This document shows, one piece after another, positions 17,328-27,395 of a stretch of 64,000 bases of DNA; position 1 is the first letter of the stretch; each line of letters opens with the position of its first letter. Under the pieces are notes generated by a model. It was not told the DNA's origin and ran no database searches. It worked only from the letters and a program-made list of their open reading frames with translations. The position numbers were made by a program, and so were the translations under genes. This DNA comes from Caecitellus pseudoparvulus (taxonomy: Eukaryota; Protista; Bigyra: Bicosoecida): contig CBFFRQ010000078.1 in the NCBI GenBank assembly GCA_965644315.1, forward strand, positions 1-64,000, given 5' to 3'.

Positions 17328-20300
17328 ATGCAAGGTGCGCTCAGCCACACCGCCCTTGAAGCGCTGCGCTCGGCAGACGTACACACCCCCCCCGCCGGCC
17401 CCTCCCATGCGCAGGCTTTGGCACCGTCAAGGCCGTGCTCAGCGGCGACACCGTCGTGCTGCTGGGCAACGCACCAGCTGGCAAGCGCCCCGCTGAGCTG
17501 CAGCTGAGCCTGGCCAGCCTGCAGGCGCCTCGCGTGTCCAGACACCCCAATGCGGCAGACGAGCCCTTTGGCTGGGCTGCCCGGGAGTTCCTGCGCAAGC
17601 TCGTTATCGGCCGCCCCGTCAAGTTCAAAGTGGAGTACTCCAACTCCTCCGGGCGCAAGTTCGGCGCCCTGTGGCTGCACAAGCCAGCGGCCGGTGAACC
17701 GACAGAGAACTTGGCCGTCACTGTCGCCCAGGCTGGCTGGGCCACTGTCGTCCCCGAAGCCGCCAGCAAGTTCGGCAAGAGCGGGGTGAGTGCGCCGGCA
17801 CTGCGCGTGGCGTTTCGCCGCGCGTTTCACCCCGCCATGTCAGTACCTTGGGCAGGCAATGCCTCGCCCAGGGGCGCCTGCCTCGACTAGCCCTGCACGT
17901 TTTCCGCTCTCTTGGTGCCTTTACAGGACTATGAGGCCATCGAGGCTGCTGCCGCCGCTGCAACTGCCGCTGGGCTGGGCCTGCACACGAGCGACGCCGC
18001 GCTGAAGGAGGCGACAGCCAGCCGCACGATTCAGTGGAAGCCCGAAGACCCTGCCGCCCTGGCCAAGGACCTGAAGGGCAAGGAGATCCCTGCCATCGTG
18101 GAGCAGGTCCGCGACGGCACCTGCCTGCGGTGCTACGTGCCCAGCATTGGCGTCATGGTAACGGTGCTGCTGGCTGGCGCTGCCGCACCACGTGTCGCAT
18201 ACGGCGCAGCAGCCTCAGGCGGCAAGTCCGACGCGGCGGCCCCTGCACCTGGCAGTGCAGCTGCCAAGGTGGCCGGCGGCAGTGGCGGTGGCGCCGCGTC
18301 CGGTCAGGCGCCGTTCGCGCTGGAGGCTGCCTTTTTCACAGAGAGCCGGCTGCTGCACCGCGACGTGACGTTGGTGGTGGGCGGCGCAGACAAGTTCCAC
18401 AACCTCGTCGGGCGCGTGGTGGTGCCACAGGGCGACATCTCCGCCGCCCTGCTCAAGGCAGGCCTCGCACGCGTCGCAGCGTGGAGCCTGCCCTTCACCA
18501 CGCCCGCCCACGGCGCCAGTCTGGCTGCCGCCGAGTCAGGCGCCAAAGCCTCCAAGCTGCGCCTGTGGGCGGGGTACACGGAACCCACCATCCAGGGCGC
18601 GAAACGCTTCACGGGCATGGTGCAGGAGGTGGTGTCAGGGGACTGCGTGGTGGTGAAGCCCACCGGCGCCGCTGCCCGGCGCATTTACCTGGCATCTGTC
18701 CGGGCACCCCGCCTCGCGGGGCGCTCCGGTAAGGACGAGCCGTGGGCACGGGAGGCGAAGGAGTTCCTGCGCAAGGCCCTCATCGGCCGCGTGGTGACTG
18801 TGGTGGTGGACTACACGCGCGACCCGCCACCTGGCAGCTCAGCCCAGGAGGTGCGTGCGCACGGCACCCTCACCACCACCTCCCGCAAGGGCGACCCTGT
18901 CAACGTCAGCGTGGACCTCGTGACTGCGGGGCTGGCTGAGTTGGCACGGCACCGCTCCGACGACCCCCGCGCCGCCTGCTACGAGGCTCTGCTGTTGGCC
19001 GAAGGCGAGGCCAAGGAGAAGAAACGCGGCCTGCACAGCGGCAAGAAGCCCTCCAGCCGACCACCCTTTGACATGTCTGGCGCCACCCCCGCCCAGGCTA
19101 AGGAGCAGCTGCCCTTCCTGCAGCGGGGGGGCGACCTCACCGCCATCGTGGACTACGTCTTCTCAGGGCACCGCTTCAAGCTCACCGTGCCCAAGCAGAA
19201 CGTGTCTCTCATCATGGCAGTCAGCGGCGTCAAGTGCCCCCACGCGCCCCGCCCGGGTCAGGCACCCGCCCCTCTGCCCACTGCCAAGGCCGCAGCTGGG
19301 GCAGCGGCAGCGGAGGCCGCTGGCGGGGCACCGTCCGAGGGTCGCCCCAGTGGTGGTGGCGGTGGTGGTGGGCGCGCACCTGAGCCGTGGGGTGCCGAAG
19401 CACGCACCTTTGCGCTGGAGAACTTGATGCAGCGCGAGGTGACGGTGCGTGTGGAGACGCTGGACCGCAACGGCAACGCACTGGGACACCTGTGGGTGGG
19501 CCACGGCGCCTCCAAGTCTCTGTGGGCGTGCGAGCTGCTGAACCTGGGTTTCGCGCAGACCATCCCTGCGGCAGCGGAGCGGTCCGACTTCGCCGCTGAG
19601 CTGTTCGCAGCGGAGGACGCAGCCAAGTTGGGGCGCAAGGGCATCTGGTACGCGCACGACCCTGCCGCTGCCGCCGCCGCCGCAGCCGCCAAGGCCAAGG
19701 CTGAGGGCGCCGTGGGCGACGGCGAGTCGGCCTTCCTGGGCATCACCGTGGTGGACGTGCAGAGCGGTGACTCCTTCGCCGCCCACGCCGACAGTGACTT
19801 GGAGGCGCTGGCGGCGGTGGAGGGCGCCCTGCGAGACATGAAGGCGGCCCACGGCACAGCGGGCGGCGTGCTGCCGTCGCCCCTGAAGCGGGGCTCCATG
19901 ATCGCTGCGCTGTTCGACGAGGGCAGTGGGCCCACCTGGTTCCGCGCTCGAGTCAACGACAGCCACATGGTGGACCTGCCCGACGGCAAGAAGGGCTACG
20001 ACCTTACCTTCATCGACTACGGCAACAGCGGCGTCCTGCCACTGTCCGCGCTGCGGGCACTGGACAACGTGCCCGCCCTGCTCACCACGCCGCCCGTGGC
20101 ACGCCTCTTCCGCCTGGCCTATGTCAAGGCGCCAGGTGTGGAGACGCAGTGGGGGCAGGCGGCAGGCCTGGCCCTGTCCCAGGCCGTCATGGGCCGCAAG
20201 CTCATCGCCAAGGTGTACACGCGGGAGGCAGAGACGAACCGCCTGGTGGCATCGCTGTTCGACGAGGCGGACCCCGTGTCTGTGAACGAGAACTTGCTGC

Positions 20301-20521
20301 GGCAGGGCCTGGTGCGCCTGGCCAAGCGTGAGTACCGCGCAGGCAAGGCGCGTGCCCAGGCGGCAGCGTCGCGGTCAGGCCCCGTCGGCGCCAACGCTGC
20401 TGACGAGTTGGACTTCCTGGCCCTGCTGTCCAAGGCTCAGGAAGAGGCGCGAGCAGGCCATGTGTCCATGTGGGTGCACGGCGACGTCGCGGACTCGGAC
20501 GACGAGCCGTCCCGAGCGTGA
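17328..20521 (+). CDS. SND1: Tudor staphylococcal nuclease (SND1/p100). Exons 17328-17334, 17415-17785, 17927-20521, ~990 aa
   Basis: Four SNase domains (GTVKAVLSGDT..DEPFGWAAREFLRK; IVEQVRDG; VQEVVSGD..EPWAREAKEFLRK; IVDYVFSGHRFK) and a Tudor domain (WFRARV..FIDYGN). GT-AG introns 17335-17414 and 17786-17926 give a total of 2973 nt, in frame. Confidence 0.93.
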
Positions 20522-20576
20522 GGGGTGTGTCCCCCCCCCCCGCGCACCCCAGCGCTCCCTGCGTCACGCAATGCAT

Positions 20577-22564
20577 TCAAGCCGGGCTGGAGCCTCCCTG
20601 CCCTTGCAGACGGGCCACCTGTGCTCTCAGCGCCGCCACCTCAGACTGCAGTGCCTCCACAGCGCGTGCCGAAGCGGCGATGCGCGCAGCCACCAGGTGC
20701 CGGCCCTCTGCCTGGGAGTAATACGGCAGACCCCGCATGGTGAGGGGGTCGCTGGAGGGCTGAGGGGGGATGTTGGGCGGGCTGGATGTGCCGCCTTCCC
20801 CCCGCCAACTGCCGCCGCTGCCTGCCGAGCCCCTGCCCTGGGCGGAGGTGGAGGCGGAGCCCCCCCGTGGGCTGCGGGGCATAGGCAGGCGGCTGGGGCT
20901 GCGCCTGTGCCCAACGGCGGCAGCGGGGCCACCGGCGGGGCCAGCGGTGGGGCCAGCGGCGGGGGCTTGGGAGGGTAGTGCCTCGTCGCCCCACACTTGT
21001 GCAGCCGTCTCGTGCCACCGGCGGCGGTCCACCCCCCCCTCCGCCGCCCGTGCCGCTTGGTACGAAGCGTAGGCTGAGGCGCCTGCAGCTGCCGTGGCGG
21101 CACGTGTGGCCTGCGAGACACGCCCAACGCCGTGTGACGTGCGGGTGGCCACTGTGCCGGGGGGGTGTCTGTGCCGCAGGCGCCGTGCACCTGCCCCTGC
21201 CACCACAGGGCGGACGTGCTGGGCAGTTTGGCGCGCCCGGATGAAGGGGCCGGAGGGGGGTGCAGACCCCCCTCCACGCCCCCCCCGCCCCCGCCCCTTG
21301 CGGGACCGAGGCCGCTCCAGCCCTGCCGCAGGCTTGGGCACACGGTACCGCATGCTGCGAATGGAGCCCTGGGCGGGGGCACCCCCCCTGCCCCCCTCCA
21401 TGAGGAAGGCACCCCCCTGCACCCCCCCTGCAGCCCCGTCACAACAGACATGCCCGCACCCCCCTGCCCAGCTGCACGCACGGCAAAGGCTCGACCGGGC
21501 GCCTGTCCCCCCCCCGTCGCCAACTGCAGCAGGCGCTGCCATGTGGGATCCTGCAACACATCCACTTGCGCCAGCGCCGCCGCACTCTGCACGGGCGAGC
21601 TGTGGCAGGCACTGGCCGCCGCCGCTGCCCGCTGGCGCAAGCTGGCGCTGTACGACCGCAGCGCTGCCGTGGCGGCGGCGGTGGCCTGGGGACTGGGCTG
21701 GCGGGGTGGCGAAGGACTGGGCGCTGGGGGTGGCGTCGCGGCCCGGGCCTGGGGGGACGTGGAGGCGGCTTGCTCGGGCGGCGGGACAGGCGGCTCAGGC
21801 GGTTGCTGTGTGGCCGCCCCTGCCTGCTCGTTCGTGCCGGCACTGGCCCTGCCGGGGCTGTGTCCACCCCCCCCTTCCTCCTCCTCCTCCTCGTCGCTGT
21901 CTGCCCAGGCTTTCAGGGCGGTGGTGGGTGTCATGGGGGGGGCACTCGGAGCGGGGGCGGGGGCGGTGTCTGCCGCCCCTCCAGGCGTGGACACCAGATC
22001 CCAGTCCATGCTGGATGTGCTGAGCTTGTACCGCCGGTGTCCAGGCGTGGTGCCCTTGGGCGAAGGCCCCTTCACGTCCTCCATGGAGATGCGGATGATG
22101 CCCTGCACGCCACGCTCACGGGCCTGCCGCACCGCTGCCGCCGCTGCCTGTGCCTGTGCAGCCGCCTCCAGCGCGCCCAGGGCGTGGGGGTCGGCGTCCC
22201 AGTCCTCGCCGGAGTCGGAGTCGCTGGCCAGAGGGGCCTTGGCCCGGGAGGTGGGTTGTGCTGCCACCGCCCGCTGCAGCGCCGCCGCCTCCGCCTTCGA
22301 TGCGCCCTCCACCGTCACACCGGGGCTGGGCCCGTCGGAGTCGGAGTCGTCGAAGCCCTGCATGAAGGAGTCCGCCTGGGCTGACTCCCAGGTCATGGTG
22401 GCGTAGTTCATGCGGGCGCCGTGCACGACAGCCGCCTCGCTCTGCGCCAGCTCAGACTGCGCTGCAGCAGCTTGCAGCCGCTGCTTTGCGGAGCCCGACA
22501 CGGGGAAGGCCGTGCCGGACAAGTCATCGGAATCACTGTCACTGTCTGAAACAAATCTATCCAA
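20577..22564 (-). CDS. Hypothetical low-complexity (Asp/Ser, Ala/Pro-rich) protein with a short C-terminal coiled coil. Probably spliced; exon structure unresolved
   Basis: Two overlapping minus-strand ORFs (20627-22564 and 20577-21542). The first looks protein-like at its N-terminus (SDSDSD motifs) and the second at its C-terminus (VEALQSEVAALRAQVARLQ). The start is non-ATG, so an upstream exon is likely. Confidence 0.45.
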
Positions 22565-23390
22565 AGCCCCGGCTGGATCCTGGTCTCCCTGGGACGGCGA
22601 AATGGTGATGGGTGCCCCTGCACTGCAAACGAAACGTGAAACGCCCCGCGCCCAGGCCCCCGCTCCTCACCTTGCGCTCGGACTGCGCCATTCCACGCAT
22701 AGGGGGGCAGAAAAGAGGAACCTTGAATCCAAACTACGTCTCCCAAAACAAATCGGTTCACGGCCACGTCTTTCCCACGGCTGACCCACGCCGCGCCGGA
22801 AGCAGGGTTGCCCTTTCAACCCCTCACGCCACTGCCACAAGCGTGCAGCGCGCCGGCACCCACCTGGGCACAGCGAAGCATGGGGCAGGAGCCCTCGCGA
22901 TGCGCAGTGGACATGAGGTTGTGAGTGCAGGATTGAACATGAAAAATTGTCATTTCCATGCGATCGGATTGTCAAGTCCGCACATCCGCTCAAACTGCTC
23001 TCAACACAAGCAGGCGGCGAACGGGGCTACCTCTCATCTATCTATTCTTGGCCCTTGCTGGGCGCGGATGTGGATCACCCGCGGGTCAGCCCCATACTTT
23101 CAACTCGGCGGAGCAGTTGCAGAGCCAAGCACCGCTCGGACCGCCTGTATGTGCCCAGGGAAGCAAGCACTCAGCCCAGGCGCCTTCGCTGGGCGCCAAG
23201 CGCCTACCGGGGCCCCCTGTCCACTGCCCAGCTTTCGCACAAAACACACACAACTCGCATCGGACAGACTAGGCTCGCCCTCTCGGAGACGGTGACTCCC
23301 TTTGCCCCCAGCCCCAGTGCCACGTGCTGCAGGCAGCGCTTGGGCTTTGCGCCACGCACCACTCCGGCACCAGGCAACACCCTCCTCACC

Positions 23391-25176
23391 ATGAACAAGA
23401 CCACGGTGAACAAGGCCCTCACGGCCGATGAGAAACCCACCCCAGGGTACCTGTACAAGGAGATTGCTGGTGCGTGGGCGGCTGCAGGCGACCAGGTGGC
23501 CGTGGGCAGTGCAGGCGCAGACAGAGGCACTGCACCAGCGCACACGCCCGCCACGCCGCTGACCTGCCAGACATGACACACGCCAGCATCCAGGACTGCG
23601 AGAAGCTGGCCACTCTGCTCATCGCCCGTCTGGCCAAGAACGACTGCAACGTCAAGTACAAGACCTTGCTGGTGATCAAGGTGCGCGCGGCGGGCTCGGC
23701 GTGGCGTGGCTTGCTTCCGCACCTTGCCCCCCTGCCTGCACAGCACGTGGCACGCCTGGGCCGCTCAGAGTTCAAGCGCCTCATGCAGCGCCAAGTGGAC
23801 ACACTCAAGCAGAACTTGCGTGCGTTTGCAGCGCTGGCGCCGGCACCTCCCTCGCCAGTGCGCCTCCACCCTCTCCCGCGTCGAGCCGCTGTGCACAGAG
23901 TTCAGGGGGCCACCTCATCCGCTCAAGGGGGACGCCCCCAACAAGCGCGTGCGAGACACTGCAGAGGAAGCCATCAAGGCGGTGTTCGAGTCCGAGTCTG
24001 CCTCCACCGCGCAGTCGGCTGCCGTGGCGAGCCGCATGACTGGCCTCGGCTCGGACGGTACCACGTCAGCCGCAGCTGGCGCCGCAGCAGCCTCCCCCGC
24101 CCCTGCTCCCGTACGAGGCGGCGGCGTCATGCGCAGCACAGCTTCCCCCGCCTCTGGCGGCAGCGGCATGGCAGCCGTGGGCAACTACTCCCCCAAGGCC
24201 AAGCCAGCCGGTGGCGGCATGCTTGGCGCCGTGAAGGGCCTCTTCTCCCGGGCGACGGGGAAAGGCACCCCCCCTCCCGTCTCAGGCGTCACGAACCGAG
24301 GCCCCACAGCCCGAGGTGGTGCAGGGGCGTATGCTGGCCCGTCAGTCACCAGCACCGGAGGCAGCACCGGCAGGTCCGGTGCCAGCTCCATGGCCCGGGG
24401 CGGCGGACCCGGTGCCCGGCGGGGCGTTGGCTCCGTCGGCGGCGTGTGGGGCGTCGCAGGCACGTCTTCGCCCGGCGGCGTCGGCGCTGGCGCCTCTGAC
24501 GGCGAGTACGAGCGAGGGCTCGTGGCAGACGTCACGGCACCCGGCGGCGTCCGCCCTGTCCCTGACGCAGCCAAGCTACGAGCCTTCGTCACGGCGGCAC
24601 AGACCTTGGAGCCAGTGCGTCTGGCTGCCCTTCTGGACGAACGCCTCACTCACGAGAGCTGGCAAGTGGTGACCAAGGCGCTGCTGGTCGTGCAGGCTCT
24701 GGTGCAGGCACCCGGCTGTGCTCAGCACAAGGCTCACCTGGCCGACCACTGTGACGAAATCCTCGCCCTGCACGACGACGCGACGCGGGAGTCAGTGCGC
24801 AAGGCGGCGGCCCAGACGCTGAGCGCTCTGGGCGTGGACTACTCTGGCGCCCCTGCCGCTGGCGGGGGGGGCGGGGGAGACGACCTGCTTGGCTTCGGAG
24901 CCCCTGCCCCCGCCCCCGCTGAGGCACCAACTGCTGAAGATGAGGACATCTTTGGCGGCATGAGCTTCGGAACCCCGGCGCCGGCACCAGCACCTGCGCC
25001 AGCGCCTGCAGCAGGCGGGGATGATTTTTTCGGCGGCATGAGCTTTGGCGCACCAGCGCCTGCACCCGCACCAACCCCCGCAGCGTCGGGCTTCACCTTC
25101 AATGCGCCTGCACCCGCAGATTCACCCGCCCCTGCTCCAGCAGCATCTGGCTTCAGCTTCACTGCTCCTGCCCCTA

Positions 25177-25207
<31 letters not shown>

Positions 25208-25538
25208 CCCCGCCCCCGCTCCCATCAACTTGGCTGAGCTGTACTCATCCAGCACCCCTGTCGGAGAGACGGGCCAATCAAGCACTCCTGGTGTGTCCCC
25301 ACCCACAGTCCCGCCTGCCTCTGGAGGCTTTTCCTTTGCGTCCGCTGGGCAGGGGGCCGCACCCTCACCTGCGCCATCTGCGGCAGTTGGAGGCTTCAGT
25401 TTCACTGCTCCAGCGCCAGCACCGGCACCAGCGCCAGCAGGGACAACACTGGCTTCGGGCGCATCGACAAGGACCCAGGCGCCTGCCCCCGCCCCTGCCC
25501 CTGCAGACCCGTTTGCTGGACTCATGGGGGACCTGTGA
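23391..25538 (+). CDS. TEPSIN: Tepsin-like AP-4 accessory protein (ENTH domain, second VHS/ENTH-like domain, Pro/Ala tail). Exons 23391-23469, 23571-23680, 23744-23819, 23899-25538
   Basis: Spliced product reads KALTADEKPTPGYLYKEIADMT...VKYKTLLVIKHVARLG...QFRGPPHPLKGDAPNKRVRDTAEEA, matching the tepsin ENTH signature. Second domain EYERGLVADVTAPGGVRPVP. Tail motifs DDLLGF, DIFGGM and DPFAGL. Three GT-AG introns of 101, 63 and 79 nt, all phase-compatible. Confidence 0.85.
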
Positions 25539-25803
25539 TATGCTCACACTCGCTAAATGCATCCAAGGTGCAGGAAGACATGTTCGTGCTTTGAACCGAA
25601 GCGAAGCAGTCGCCCAACGGGAAGTCAAAGGCAAACAAGCTGGTTTCAGATATGCTACAGGCACTTCATGAATTCTGGCCCAGTGCATCACTCAACGCCA
25701 GCGGGTTGTGCGTATTGGGCGTGGGGTGTGTGTTGGGTGGTGGGGTGGTGGTGGGTGTGGCGGGGTGGGACGGCGAGGTGTGTTGGGTGGGCGAGGGGTG
25801 ACG

Positions 25804-25808
25804 AAAAA
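25804..25808 (-). terminator. Pol III oligo-T terminator of 5S copy 1 (equivalents at 26305-26309 and 26809-26813)
   Basis: TTTTT on the minus strand, 2 nt after the 5S 3' end, in all three copies. Confidence 0.8.
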
Positions 25809-25810
25809 GA

Positions 25811-25929
25811 ATCAGCAGTACTCGGGATTCCCGTGTAGTCCCCTACCACAGTACTAACCGAGCTCGGCCCAGCTTGGCTTCCGGGTGCGGAATGGATCCG
25901 GGCATATCCTGGGCGATGTGACCGCTGCT
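25811..25929 (-). rRNA. 5S rRNA: 5S rRNA, copy 1
   Basis: Minus strand AGCAGCGGTCACATCGCCCAGGATATGCCCGGATCCATTCCGCACCCGGAAGCCAAGCTGGGCCGAGCTCGGTTAGTACTGTGGTAGGGGACTACACGGGAATCCCGAGTACTGCTGAT (119 nt). Shows the terminal helix, box-A-like GAAGCCAAGC, and conserved TTAGTACT and GGGAA. Followed by TCTTTTT. Confidence 0.93.
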
Positions 25930-26311
25930 GAGGGTGAGCCACCCGCCACACACCTTGAGGCCGCAGAGCAGACGGCAGGCCCCCAGCAGTGCAGCGGGCG
26001 CCGCACCGGCCCACGTCGCTACACCACACCTCCACCCACGGCCTGGCCCACTGCCTGCCACACCCGCATGGTGGGCCACCCCTGCCATGACGTGCCGTGC
26101 CCATGTGGCTGCAGGGTGTTCGGCGTGTGCAGCCACATGGGCGCAGGCGGCTGACAGGCGGGCGGGCCACGGCATGTGGAGAGTTGGAGTGTAGAATGGT
26201 GGTGGAGGTGAGGTGGGAAGGATGCTGTGTGTGTTGGGTGGTGGGGTGGTGGTGGGTGTGGCGGGGTGGGGCGTCGAGGTGTGTTGGGTGGGCGAGGGGT
26301 GACGAAAAAGA

Positions 26312-26430
26312 ATCAGCAGTACTCGGGATTCCCGTGTAGTCCCCTACCACAGTACTAACCGAGCTCGGCCCAGCTTGGCTTCCGGGTGCGGAATGGATCC
26401 GGGCATATCCTGGGCGATGTGACCGCTGCT
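26312..26430 (-). rRNA. 5S rRNA: 5S rRNA, copy 2
   Basis: Same 119-nt sequence, 501 bp from copy 1. Confidence 0.93.
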
Positions 26431-26815
26431 GAGGGTGAGCCACCCGCCACACACCTTGAGGCCGCAGAGCAGACGGCGAGCCCCCTGCAGTGCAGTGGGC
26501 GCTGCACCGGCCCACGTCGCCACACCACACCTCCACCCACGGCCTGGCCCACTGCCTGCCACACCCGCATGGTGGGCCACCCCTGCCATGACGTGCCGTG
26601 CCCATGTGGCTGCAGGGTGTTCTGCGTGTGCAGCCACATGGGCGCAGGCGGCTGACAGGCGGGCGGGCCACGGCATGTGGAGAGTTGGAGTGTAGAATGG
26701 TGGTGGAGGTGAGGTGGGAAGGATGCTGTGTGTGTTGGGTGGTGGGGTGGGACGGCGAGGTGTGGCGGGGTGGGACGGCGAGGTGTGTTGGGTGGGCGAG
26801 GGGTGACGAAAAAGA

Positions 26816-26934
26816 ATCAGCAGTACTCGGGATTCCCGTGTAGTCCCCTACCACAGTACTAACCGAGCTCGGCCCAGCTTGGCTTCCGGGTGCGGAATGG
26901 ATCCGGGCATATCCTGGGCGATGTGACCGCTGCT
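26816..26934 (-). rRNA. 5S rRNA: 5S rRNA, copy 3
   Basis: Same 119-nt sequence, 504 bp from copy 2. Confidence 0.93.
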
Positions 26935-27395
26935 GGGGGTGAGCCACCCGCCACACACCATGAGGCCGCAGAGCAGACGGCAGGCCCCCTGCAGTGCAGT
27001 GGGCGCCGCACCGGCCCACGTCGCCACACCACACCCCTGCCCACGGCCTGGTGTTTTTCTTGAAAAAGGGGCCCAGATTTTTACCAGGAATCAGTTTTCA
27101 GTGCTTGAGGCCTTGTCTTGGGGTCAGGTGTGAGCGCTGTTCCGATCTCCGACGAGCATGTAGCTCATGTCAGCACCGGGATGATTCACAGCTCCATTCT
27201 TGCCCGACTTGTACAGCGCGAGAGTGGCCATAAGAACACAATGACACCGACTTGCCGATCAGGTGCATGTTTTTGCATTCACAAGGTGCCTGGACACTGG
27301 GCTCTTGGCCATATGGCCAGGCGGTGGTTGCCGATGGTGGCATGAGAAAGCAAGCCAAGGGGGGGAGGGGTATGAAGAGACCGCTGATAGTGACA

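Larger units (their letters stand above)
25726..27051. repeat. Tandem array of ~501/504-bp units (~2.65 units), each carrying a 5S rRNA gene
   Basis: atcagcagtactcggg at 25811, 26312 and 26816. Confidence 0.97.

Noticed and set aside
25688-27034. 448-aa ORF with three internal repeats
   Set aside because: It is a translation of the 5S rDNA tandem array, not a protein.
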